Positions 39,098 to 51,500 of a DNA stretch of 64,000 nucleotides are shown piece by piece (positions within the stretch are counted from its first letter, which is position 1; each line of letters starts with the position of its first letter). This DNA comes from Azolla caroliniana (Eukaryota; Plantae; Polypodiophyta). The stretch is from the NCBI GenBank assembly GCA_043228905.1, contig JBHGNT010000003.1:6200001-6264000 (forward strand), given 5' to 3'. Under the pieces are notes generated by a model. It saw only the letters and a program-made list of their open reading frames with translations, was not told where the DNA came from and did no database searches. The translations under genes were made by a program, and so were the position numbers.

Positions 39098-39342
39098 GAG
39101 TATCACACTTTGATACAATGCTCTGCCTTTGATCATATTCGACCATACTTTCCACATCTCTTCGATCGAGCCCAATCCTTGCATGAATTCCTCTCACAAC
39201 CACAATGTGCACTCTCAATTGCAACATTCATTGGTAAAGTTCTTAAACATCGAGAGTCGCTACTCACTTTCACATGTATCACGTGAAATGTAATATTTTT
39301 GGTCTCATAGGTCATATTTGACCTCCGAAAACAATAATATAA
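39098..39342 (+). mobile_element. 3' end of an RTE/CR1-like LINE, copy 3, tail-to-tail with LINE D across a (CT)n
   Basis: EYHTLIQCSAFDHIRPYFPHLF...IATFIGKVLKHRESLLTFTCIT* (stop at 39284-39286). 3' UTR hairpin AGGTCA-TATT-TGACCT (39309-39324). CT-rich flanks on both sides. Confidence 0.75.
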
Positions 39343-39356
39343 TCTCTCTCTCTCTC

Positions 39357-41545
39357 TTGGTGAGAACACAGTTATATTAATAAATGTGTGTATAAACACT
39401 ACTTACAATGGAGTATGGTTACCCACTAACTACACTACATGGGTAGTGGAACATGTTGAATTGCCAATAAGCAAGGCAAACACTCCACTGACGAAATAAT
39501 TTCCACTTGCTCCAATAAAGAAAATTGGCACATTAGTACTCCTTTAACCTTTCGTAGATATGCTTTCAGTCCATGTCTACCATCAAATACAAAAGCATTG
39601 CGCATGTTCCAATTATGACCTAATCCCCAATATCTCATAAATAGAAAAACGATTTCCATCTCTAATATTGTGCAAACACCCACTATCTAGGTGTGAAATA
39701 ACACCATGATAAAACTTGCCAAATTTGAGAATTGTAATTCCAAATCTGACAAGTGCAAAAAAAGCAATCACTCCTTGCTAGTCCACGACGCTTTAGAGCT
39801 AATCCCAAAGGCAATCCTCCAATCAAAACTCTCCAAATGAAAAACCTTTGCTACAAGTGGCAATTTAGATTTGCCACCACCCATGATTAGGTTTGTGTAT
39901 ATTCCATTCTTCTTCAGCCTTAGATGATAACCATCCAAGAGACTCAACAACGCAATGATACAAAAGATTAGTAGTCACTTGTAACGACAACGTTTGACCC
40001 CGTAAAAACCAATCAATCCGCGGTTGTTCTCCTATTTGTAGAGGTAAGGGACCTTGCATCAATGCAATATTTTGTAGTTATTGCCAAATAAACGTATAAT
40101 TAGGCGGGATGCGTAATAATTGTCGTGCTTCAACAAACTCCAAAATTCTTTGAGATGGAGCCTCAACTATATCTCCCACCTCTTTGACCCCCAAACAAAA
40201 TAAATGATTGGGAGCACAATCTCTCCTTTCCTGGCCAACATAATAAACAAGAAGACACAAGTAACTCTTTTTGCAAAGAATTATAATGCTCTCTACTAGA
40301 TGATGGTTTCCTTACACATAACAAAAGTGCTTCTTACCATGAGGTAACCAAGTGTTAAACACATGAAGAGCTTGAAATCCTAAGTGAAATACATCCATTC
40401 AGTAATTGCCATCATGAAGCCTTAATCGTTGTCCTCCCATGTGTTAAACCCTTGTTCTCAATGAAATGTTGAACAATAGATATCCATGGTTGTGAGTTTG
40501 AACACATGTCTTGTAATAATGAAAATCAATGAGCCATCATATGCATAGATAAGTTCAATATTCCATCTCCTCCCCAAGCGCTTAGGGGTTGCTAGACGAT
40601 TCCACGCAACCCAAGTGATTCCCCTCTTATCCTTCTTCTTCCACAACAAACATCTAAGAGGTTGCAAAATTGAATGCAAAGCTTTCTTTGTCCATGGCAA
40701 CAATGGCAAGTAATATAATATCATGGGTTCCATAATACATGGTACAACCTTCCACCGTACATGTAATGGCCAAGATTGTGACTTCCAATACATGAACTTA
40801 TCCCTCAACTTACTAAACATCCATTCAATCAATTGACCATTTGTAACATTCATTCCCAATGGATAACCCAAGTGTCGAAAAATAGAGTCTTTCTTCACCA
40901 CGGATCCTTGCCATTCTAAACATTCAAAATCTCATTCAGTACATGATATGAGACTAGACTTCCTCCAGTGAATATGTAATCGGGAACCAATTTGCAAGCA
41001 TCCCCTTCTCAAGATTCTCTTGTAAGGCTTGTAGAAACATGAAAGAATCATCACCCAAAGTTGTTGCTACTAGTTGCCCTCCAGACGGAAGGTGTAGATC
41101 CGCAATGTCACCATTTGTTGCAAGCCTTCATAGCATCACTAACAAGGGATGAGTAACTATATCAAACAACAATGGGCTAAGAGGGCATCCTTGACGAACG
41201 GATCTTGCGAGGGCAATATCTGATGTAACTCCCCCATTAAACATTACTTGAGACACCACATCTTGTCTTAATAAAAAAAATGAGGCGAGACATACGAGGT
41301 CCAAAGCCCATTATATGCATTAACCTAGAAACAAAGTTCCAATTAACATGATCATAAGCTTTCTGCAAATCTAATTGCACCATAATCAATTCTTGATGAG
41401 TGTTTCGAGCATAATCCATGGCCATTTGAACATTCAACATATTATGAAATATATTCCTACCTCCAATAAAACCATATTGGGCGGGATGTATCAAGTTTGG
41501 CAAATAGTTTTGTAATCTATTTGGCAAGACCTTTGTAAATACCTT
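39357..41545 (-). mobile_element. 5'-truncated degenerate L1-clade LINE (LINE D) with RT
   Basis: LIHPAQYGFIGGRNI..QLDLQKAYDHVNW; RSVRQGCPLSPLLF (~41170-41210); FRHLGYPLG; WVAWNRLATPKRLG. 3' end ...CTCACCAAGAGAG. Confidence 0.9.
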
Positions 41546-44500
41546 TGTAAAATGTGGTCTTAGAAGACATTAACATATCATCTTATTTTTATTCTCTCTT
41601 TGTCTCTCAAAAGTAGAATATATAGTAAAATGATATTACAATATGTAAGCATATAGAAGACTGAATATTTTCAAACAATATAAACCCTCTTTTTATTTTT
41701 ATTTTTCCAAAAAAATATAAACCCTCTTAAGTGTCCAATTTTCCCATACTCCAATTCCTACCATAGACACTAATGTTTAAAGGCAAACACCTACAAATAC
41801 TTTTTAGAACAAAAAATAGGTGGATGTTTAACAAACCTCAAAAAAACACCTCGGGATTTGCTTAGTCAAAACTAGAGAAACTCATGTTTAGCGTTGGTGT
41901 ATTGCAATGTGGATTCTCCATTCTCAAAAGGTGGATTCTACTTTAAAGATCGCAATTAAGCTCAAAGATAGTGGATAGATGTCATTAAAGATGAGACGAA
42001 GGCAAATGTCACGTTAGCAAAAGAGGTTGAACTCAATCATTTAAAGTTGAATTAAAGAACTGGTGGGTTGAAGTAGTCAAGGAGGAATGAAAACTAGATA
42101 GTAATGATAAAGAATTTGGTGTAACTAAGTAATAAGTACACAGAACAACTCAAACTTGTACAAACTATGATAGAATAAGAGTGAATGATGCATGAAAAAA
42201 ACCCTTTTCACTTTTGGAACCAAGTGATAGGACTCATTGTTGAGGAGGAAGGAAATTTTTGTACGAAGCTTGGACTTGGTAAGGAAGAAGCAACCGATGT
42301 TCACCATGCAATTGGGAGCAAGGAAAGATATCGCTAGGGCTTGAGCACTAATATTACATGTTTTGATTAATGAAGAACGCAAGAACATGGTTTATTTTAC
42401 CCAGAAAGACAAGGGCTACCCAAACCCTAAAAAACTTCACTATCCAACCTTGCCCAAACATGGCCAACAACATGATACTAGTCCAATGTATCTATCTAAT
42501 CGGATGTATCTACCTAATGGAACATCTAGTAGTAAACTACAAAAGAAGGTGAGTAACTAGCTTAACGTGTCATTATCCCATAGTTAGACACTATATTAGT
42601 AAGCAAACAACTATAGAGGTAGATTGTACTTAGTAGATAGAGATCCATGAGTCTATTTATTCCTCTCATTAAATCAGCATTTGTAATAGTGGTACATTTA
42701 TTCTCTGATTCTTATCATCATCTTGATTAATCGAAACAGATCTCGACATTTACAATGTTAATAGTTATGATGGAATAGGTCATTCATTAACATAGAAGTT
42801 ATATTGTTATCACGATTCACACACATACCTACACACACTCTCTCGTTCTCTCCCCCTATAAGCTAGTGGAAACTCATTTTGTAAATGTTAAGGATCTCTC
42901 AATGACTGTCATTTAGACACAAGCACACTCCTTAATCCATCAACTGCCAAATTTTCTAGTATACCCCATACCTTAGTGATCATTGTTTTACCAAACATAC
43001 AAAATCAAGACACCAAATTCTTGGGTATGCCTTGAAAACATTCGTACCACGAAAGATGCATGACGAACTTTATCAAAAGCGAACCTTCGCGAAGACTACA
43101 AAAAATTAGGTGTACAAGCGAATGAGACAACAAATGTATGCATGTGAGGAAGCATGATATTGATATTTAAAACTTTTCCTGAGCAAAGATTGTGGTTGGC
43201 CATTGCTTGGTGATGTATAGAGAAACCCATCACTTGACATTAGACCCTTGATCAAGGATGCAAAGTATGACATTCTTATGTAGAAATATTTTATCATGTT
43301 GTTCGTCAACCAACCATGCCATAATAATTAGAGTCTTCCCTATTATATCTACCTTCACCTCAATAAAGGTTAAGAAGTCATTCAATTATTATATCTTTCT
43401 TTCTTTGACACAAATGGATCAATCTCAAATCGACCAATTCAAGGGGAGAAATGACACTATGCAATTTACTAATACATGTTGTGTTGCCTTTGAATATTGG
43501 TAGTGAAGCTTTTCCCACCTTACACATGGTAAGAGGAAGATCAAAATATCAAACCTATCATGGTTGTAAAGGTAACATAATTTGTGAGTAGAAGCATGTC
43601 AGATGAAGATAAAGCCTCGAATGAGAGAATTTGATCACTTGTAATGAAATTCGCACTGAATTCAATTTATGTTTCCTCATTTATGAAGGGTAGAATTGAA
43701 CTTTTCAATACTAATATGGGTAGTTTTAATACTATCATGTTATGAGGGTTCCCTTTTTAAGGAAGTCATTAGTTTCACATATTTATATATATCACAATCC
43801 ATCATTAAAATGTATTGTACAATGTGTATTGTAACTACTTTCATATATTTATATATTTGAAGGTAAATCGTAAGAAATAGAATATGTAATTACCTCACAC
43901 GATTCTTTGGTAAGGAGCTTGACTACTCCAAGCGACCCGAATCTCAATGTCAATCAATGTAGTGTGGGGGTTCCATTTTATATGCTCGCTTGGTGAGTTA
44001 TGATACTATATTTTCTCAAAATCACACACTCTCACTCCGAGCTTAGGAAATAGTATTAACTAAGAAACTAGTTGAGAATTGTCCTACGATTACAAAAGAC
44101 GTCCATGGGGAAAGTGTCGTATATTGGAGGTGTGGTCTCTGGTATCTACTTTTGCAACTTTGGATGCTCATGATTCCTCGATTTGTGATGGATGATAATC
44201 TACATTTAATGATGAGCATTCAAGGAGCAACCTAAATAGAGTCACTCATATGTGTACAGATTTTCTAAGATGGAAATAGAAGAATAACCTTGAATATGCT
44301 CATTCAACCTTTTTAGTTAATGTCATACATACATAAGAACAAGATAAGTTAGTGTCTTGCACACATTTTTCTACACATACTTGGTTTGAAGTTTGAACTT
44401 TCAAGAACCGGTACCACACTTAAATGCGACACAAAAGTGTCATTAATTGACCTTGGACTTTCATTGCTATTACACTTTTGTATGATGCACATTACTTTCT

Positions 44501-46454
44501 AGCACTTGCCACTAAGGATGCATTCAATTTATGATCCTAGTGTTATGAATTCATGGACTGGTGCCACTAGATGTATCTTATTAAAATTTCATAATGTTCA
44601 ACCTAATGCCAAATGATCATTGAATGCTTGCATTTGAAGATACTTGATATATGGGATTTCAACTCATGGCAACTTGCTATCCAACAGAAGATGAGTGGAT
44701 AAAGAGTTATGTTTGCATGAATATATCTCTATAATGTATCAATGCGTGTGTGCTTTTCGATGTGTATGCATGAGCACGGAGTTCACACTGCTGGGAACAA
44801 GTCTATGAGCTTCAATTAAAGTTAACAGCCAGAAATGTCTCAATGTTTTTTCATTTGGAATAAGTCCACTCAATATAAGGGATTCATGATCATGTGTGTC
44901 TTTCCTTATGTAATGAAATCATCAAGAAGAATACATTTTAGCACAAATAAATGATTTCCCAAAGTCGTACTTTGAAATAACAATTTGAACGAGTTATTCA
45001 ACATAAAAGTTGGTGGGAGGTAGCTTTGAAATGATGCTATGGCCGAATGACACAATATAAATACTTGTCCAAAGCCATACTTGAATGCGGCTATTTGAAT
45101 GAATTATTCAACAAAAATGCCGGTAGAAAGTGGCTTACAAATAAGGTTGTGACCAAGGATGTCAATCATTATGAGCTCCCCATTGTTTTCCCCACATTGT
45201 TTAGGCAATGCCTAACACGGTTTGTATTTAAATTACTCAATCGTGATGGTTGTTTTTCCTCAACCCATTGCTCTGACACTTGGGACCATAACTAGATATG
45301 CTCAAATATAGTCGGTAAGAGATGTCTTCATTGTTTGTTGGAGCACAACTCAATTATGATAGACAAGGGAATCACTTTTCATAAAGAAAGGTGGATTTTG
45401 GAGTAGCCCCTTTTGATAGAAAGAGAGAGGGGCAATCTTGTAAAAAATAAAAGTTGGCACAACAATTGGCCATAAGAGATGAGAGGGATGAATTCACTGG
45501 ACTCTCGATTGTTTGTTTCGATCTTGAGACCGAGAAATAGAAATGAGCTCTCAGCATTTGTGATAGTAAATATTCTTCAAGGGAAGGTTTCAAAATGGTT
45601 ATAACTTGTAGCTTTACTGCCCTGTTGTAGTTGCAAATCGTGGAGCAAGAATTGGAGGTACCTTTTTATTTGTTTAAGTGGCAACGAGGGAAAAGAAATA
45701 CAAATGCTTTTCTTCATGTGACGTTGAACATTTGAGCTGGAGTTCAGCACATGGACAATGCAGCCCTTAGTAAAGAAAACCAAAAGCCAAAAAAACAAAG
45801 CTCATCGAAAACTACGAAAACAAAAGTAAAAAGGACAAGAGACGAAACAAACATACATGACAAGCTTGGAAATGAGGATCAATAGGCCTCCTAAGGAAGA
45901 GGAGGAAGACAGAAAAATGAACAACAATAGTGTGAATTGGTTGAGTTTATTCCTCGGAGTATGACGACACTCTTCCTTTTTTCTCATGTTTCATGGAGCT
46001 GTGGCTTTAGGTAGGGTTCAGGAGCCCTTCTTTGTCTGGTTCAAAAAAAGCACAATCATTTGCATTATTTTCGAAAGCTATGGATTCGGAAACCGCTCAT
46101 TCATCGCAGGAATGCAGAGTGAATCTCCAAAAGTGCTACTGTCTTTTATATAGCATCTAGATTGAGTAAAGACAATAGCGTCTAGACTTACTAAAGTGTG
46201 CAAACGTATCATACTATTGCTATGCTAACTTCAACCCAAAGATCCATCTATATGCATCCATTTACAAAGTGTCTCCTTCTAGACGGAATGAGGTGCTTAC
46301 TAATAATAGTGGGAAGGCTACAAAAAGCGGGGCACGTCGATTCGCCGAGCTATACAAAGCTCTTTCTGTGAGCGAATTTTGGGTGACGACGAGCACAAGG
46401 ACACACTAATGTTGTCCCATTAACACCGATGATGATTATGAGTATTGAGGAGTA

Positions 46455-47007
46455 TCCACACACACACGCACCCACACCCACACCCACCCACATACATATA
46501 CATATACATACAAAATAATGAGAGTGAGATGGTGAAATGAAGCAGGTTTGTTAACTAACTTAACCATCTTAACTAACTTAACTACCTCACTCGCTCACTC
46601 ATTTTCAACTACTCCTACTACTACTCCTACTACTCCTACTCCTACTCCTACTCCTGCTCCTGCTCTTACTCATACATACTCTACTCCAACTCCAACTCCA
46701 ACTCCAACTACTAAAATCTACTTGTATGGAAGAAAGGCCAAAGAAAACAGGATTCTCTCTTCTCTCTTTTCTTCCTAGTACCTACTACTCTTTTGTATGA
46801 ATAATTTGAATGTAGACTGTAGTATGTGCCTTTTCTTTCTCTATCCACTCCCAACACTCTTTCCTCTTTTTGTCTTCTTCCTCCTCTCTCTCTCTCTCTC
46901 TCTATTTTTCCTCTTCCCTAACACACTACTCTGTTTTGCTCTCTTCACTTCCCTACTCTGTTTCTCTCTCTCTCCTCTCTCTCTCTCTCTCTTTCTCTAT
47001 GTGCTCT

Positions 47008-47053
<46 letters not shown>

Positions 47054-47240
47054 CTAACACCCTACTCTGTTTTGCTCTGTTCTCTTCCCTACTCTGCTTC
47101 TCTGTTTCTCTCTCTCTATGCAATCTCTCTGTGCTCTTGTGTGTGAGAGTCTGTGCATTGGCTAAAAAGAAATAAAGCAGAGCAGAGAGAATAAATAAAA
47201 ATAGCCTGCACCTGCAAACTGTGCTGGCTATGGAAGGAAT

Positions 47241-47282
<42 letters not shown>

Positions 47283-47386
47283 GCTCTTTTAGCTTTTTCT
47301 TCATATTTTCCTTCATATTTTCTCTGTTTCTGTCTCTGTCTCTGTCTCTGTCTCTCTGTAGGTGAAAACCTCGAGAAAGCTGTCTC

Positions 47387-47439
<53 letters not shown>

Positions 47440-47702
47440 CTGTGTCTGTGTCTGTGTGTGTCTGTGTATGTCTGTGTGTGTGCAGGTAGAAGGAACCATT
47501 AGAAAAGCTCATATCGAGCCTTTTTCTGAGTACAGAGACAGGCACAGAAAAGGGACCCTTCTCTCTCTGTTCTCTCTCTCTCTCTCTGTCTCTCTCTCAC
47601 TGTGTCTCTCTCTCTCTCTCTCTGCCTCTCTGTCTCTCTCTCTTTTGCCCTGTAAATTTGGTCTCTCAATTCTCTCTGTTTCTTCCTTCCTTCTCCTTGC
47701 AA

Positions 47703-47738
<36 letters not shown>

Positions 47739-48225
47739 AGTCTCAGAGGCGCCTCTGTCTCTGTCTCTCCCTCTGCATCTGTCTCTCCGTGTCTGTGTGT
47801 GTTTAGGGTAATAATAGATCTCTCATACAGCAGCAGCAGAAGAAGAAGAGAAAGAAAGAGAAATTCACACACAAAGAGAGAGAGAGAGAGAGAGAGAGAG
47901 AATCAGCGAAAGTTCAGCTGCCAATTGTGTCTGCTTTACGCATGCCCATTTGGGCACCCCCTTTCTCTCTCTACTTCTTCTTCTTCTTCTTCTGTCTTTT
48001 CTTCACACAGATTGATGATGATGATGATGATGATGCAGAAGATCGTGGATTACATCAGAAGGTCTGAACAGATCAAAGCACGCGCAAATCTCATTCTCTT
48101 ATTTCCCGTGACACACGCACACAGTCCCATCTCTCTGTGTTCTGTCTGACATTATCAGATTTCGAATTAAACTGAAGAAGAAGAAGAAGAAGATGATGAT
48201 GATGATGAAGAAGAAGATGAAGAAT
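46455..48225. repeat. Compound microsatellite field ((CA)n, (CCTACT)n, many (CT)n, (GA)n, (ATG)n, (GAA)n) upstream of the RING gene
   Basis: Directly visible simple repeats, with local duplications such as TTCCCTAACAC.CTACTCTGTTTTGCTCT at ~46914 and ~47050. Confidence 0.95.
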
Positions 48226-48310
48226 GGATGACAACAATCTCATGTTTTCAGAGCTGTAATCACAGAATCAGAAGCAGAAGCAATCTTTGCTCACACAAAC
48301 AGACAAGACA

Positions 48311-48480
48311 CAGAACTCTCTGAAGTAGGAATTCAGAGACGAACACACAGCTTTCCATTTCTCTGATAAGGTTTTGGATTTCTGTCAGAAGCGATAAACA
48401 GAACTCTCTGAAGTAGGAATTCAGAGACGAACGCACAGCTTCCCAAATTCTCTGATAAGATTTGGATTTCTGTCAGAAGC
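48311..48480 (+). repeat. 88-bp-period tandem duplication with internal hairpins just 5' of the RING ATG
   Basis: CAGAACTCTCTGAAGTAGGAATTCAGAGACGAAC... at 48311 and 48399. Confidence 0.9.
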
Positions 48481-48524
48481 TTCGATTTGTTTTTCTGCTT
48501 GTTTGTGAGATTGTTGAAGAAACC

Positions 48525-51500
48525 ATGGCAGCTCCATCCACGGCAGATCACGCGCAAGAACCAGTTGGGAAGCTACCCCACAATCACAGGAACAGTGCTA
48601 ATGAGACCCCATCGCCTGCTTCTGCAGATCGCAATCCTACGAATAACTTATCCTCCAAAATCAACAGGTCATCCTTAAAGATTCTGCACAGTAGGTATGT
48701 GAATGTGCAGTCCATCCATTCCAGTTCTCTGAGGAAGGTGCAGGAGGTCGATCATGGCGATGGCGAAGGCGATGAGGATGGCATGCTCAACCTCCTGAAT
48801 AGCTCAACGACAGTACTGTCCACATTAAAGTCTGACAGCAGGCGTTCTTACAGTAATCTAATGGTGAGACCTTCGTCTGCCATAGCTGAGCAGGAGACGC
48901 TTACGACGAATAAGAATAAGAACAAAAACAAGAACAATTACATACCTGCTCAGGATCAAGCTCAGGCTCAGGATCAAGCTCAAGCTCAAGCTCAAGCTCC
49001 GCCACGCCCCAAAGGTCTAATGAAGAGGCTTGGTTCTTTCCTCTCCTCAAGGAAGAAACCTGCAGCATCTGCACCTTCTCCTGCTCCTGCTCCAGCTCCA
49101 GCTCCTGCCATGAAAGCTACTGGGAACCTTGTGGAGGACCATAATGCAAATAGCTGGAGCTTCAAGAAGCTTCAGGCTGTCACTCCACTGCAGCAGAATG
49201 GCACTGTGAAGGCTAGTACTGAGGAATGCGTGGTGCAGAAGATGGCCCCGAAGGCATGTCCATGTGAGGATGGCGATGGAGGAGGTGGAGGTGGAGGTGG
49301 AGATCGAAGTAGCGATCTTGATCATGGTGATTCAGTTCAAGCCCCAGATCATGCTCCACTCTCCAATTCTGCCCTAAATCCTTCTGCGGCGACCAGTGTA
49401 AGCCATCCTTCTGAAGGAGGCGCGAGCAGCACTGTAGCTTCTGCAGGTTTAATGGCGGAGCTTCCATCCACAGGGGTGAGGTTGGATGGGTCGAATCCGT
49501 CAGGCATTAGCTCCAGCATAAGATCATCCTCCGGCTGTGGCAATTTGATGCAAGAGTTCAACGCAGGGTCGTCCCGCATAGGAAGCGGTCGCCATGAAAG
49601 CTCTGCGAGCAGAGGGGGAGGAGGATCGTCTTCATCTTCGTCGTCTCTGCACACGCGGAGGAAGAGCTTGAGGCGAGTATGGCAGCAGGTGGGAGGGAGA
49701 GTGTTCTCGTGTGGCAGTAGCAGTGGATACATGAGCGGGATACTGGTGGAGGAGATGGAGCATCAGAGGCCCCTCCCATCCGCCATAGCTGATCTTTCTC
49801 AGCTCCATGGCACTGTGGGTGCTTACCCCACCATAAGCTGCAGAGGATCTAGCTCCCATGATGCCATGGCGTTCTATGCTAGCAGTGGCGATGGCAGTGC
49901 CACTGGTGCAGGCCCACAGCGCCTAGACGAGGATTTGGTCTTGGATGAAGCCTACTGGCTGTCTCTTGCAGAATCTATCATGGAGAGGCAGCGGCAAGAA
50001 CGAACGCGACAGGTACACAGTGGCTGCAGTACAAGTAGAGATGGAGATGGAGATGGCGATGGCGATGGCGATAGAGCTGGAGCTGGAGCTTCAGCAGTAG
50101 CAGGCGGGGGAGGATGCGTTGCAGGAAAGAATCCTGGGGCTCGCCATAGCTATGGGGATCATTCTAACTCACCTGCTTCTTTTTCTTCTTCTTCTGGCGC
50201 TGCTGGTGCTGCGATCATGGATCCATCTGCAGACCATGAAAGCTCAAATACTGCACACAGTCGTGAATCATGGAGTGAGGCAGGGCGGCTTATTAACCCA
50301 TGGCAGAAATCAGAGGTGGAGCCATGGCCGCAGGAGGAAGGAGCAACATACTCAGAATTGAAGATAGAGGAAGAAGAACCATCGTCGTCCTCCTCATCAC
50401 TGTCGTCTTCTTCATCGTCCAAGCGTCCAGAGATGGTGAACGACTACTGTGGTGCTTCAGTTCTTGGTGCCTCCTTCGACAGTTCGATCACGAATGGTGG
50501 GAATTACAGCAAGAAGAAGCCATGGATGACGATCAAGAGGATGCAGATGGCGCGATCGTCGCTGAAGCAGCACTGCAGCGGTAATAATGGGAAGGAGATG
50601 CAGTGGTTGTCTCATCATCGCTTGAACACAAAGCTGGAAGAATCGCCATGTCTGCTGCAGAGTCATCACCTGCAGCAGAGGGTAGCTACGGCGGAGGGAG
50701 GAGGAGCAGGTGGGGTAGCGGGTTGCTCTAGATCAGACAATAGTGGTGGTAGTAGCAGCAGCAGCAGTAGTAGCAACAGCCAGAGAAATGCAGTGGAGAT
50801 TAGGGTTAGGAACCAGAGCAATGGAGGGATGGATCAATACAGCCATCATCACCACCACCATCAGAGCTGTAACAACAGAGATGGTGCAGAGAGCAGTGGG
50901 GCTGGAGGAGTGGATCGAATGTCAGAGCAAAGGAGAGGAGGAGGAGGAGCGGAAACGTTACAGCCTTTGGAGAAGTTTCTGATGCTAGAGAGGGCGGATG
51001 GTCAAGGATCCATGGAAGCTTCGGCCCAGAAGGAGGTGGAGGAGGAGGAGGAGGCAGTGGCAGTGGCGATGGCGATGGCGATGGCTGTGGAGCCGAGCGC
51101 AGGCGGAGGAGGAAGGACATCGTTAATGGCGCTGCTACATGAAGAGAAGGAAGAGGAAGAAGTGCAGCATCAGCAGCAGCAACCAGGGATGGTCTGTGAT
51201 CGCGAAGAACTATCTCTGCAGCAGAAATTAGAAGAAGAAGAAGAAGAAGAAGAAGAAGACGATGGATTGGAAGAAGATGAAGATGAAGATGAAGACGAAG
51301 ATGAAGATGAAGAAGACGAAGATCAAGAAGGAGAAGAACAGAAGGTGAAGACGAAGATGAAGGCGACGAAGAAGAAGAAGAAGAAGAAGACGAAGAAAAA
51401 GAAGAAGGGAAGGGCTATGGCGATGGCGAACGATCCTCTGCAGTGCTGTGTGTGTATGGTGGGGCGGAGAGGGGCTGCCCTAATCCCCTGCGGCCATACC

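Noticed and set aside
41870-46440. Genes or identifiable TE domains in this interval (e.g. an ILDQGSNV protease-like string on the - strand near 43250)
   Set aside because: Only isolated short motifs with many stops. Probably old TE debris, but not assignable by eye.
46548-47900. LS-, ER- and PT-repeat ORFs (also 19181-19477 and 62969-63902)
   Set aside because: Translations of microsatellites or A/T-rich tracts.
48462-48524. TTG-initiated N-terminal extension of the RING ORF
   Set aside because: Artefact of the ORF track's alternative starts. The first ATG, in good context (ACCATGG), is at 48525.
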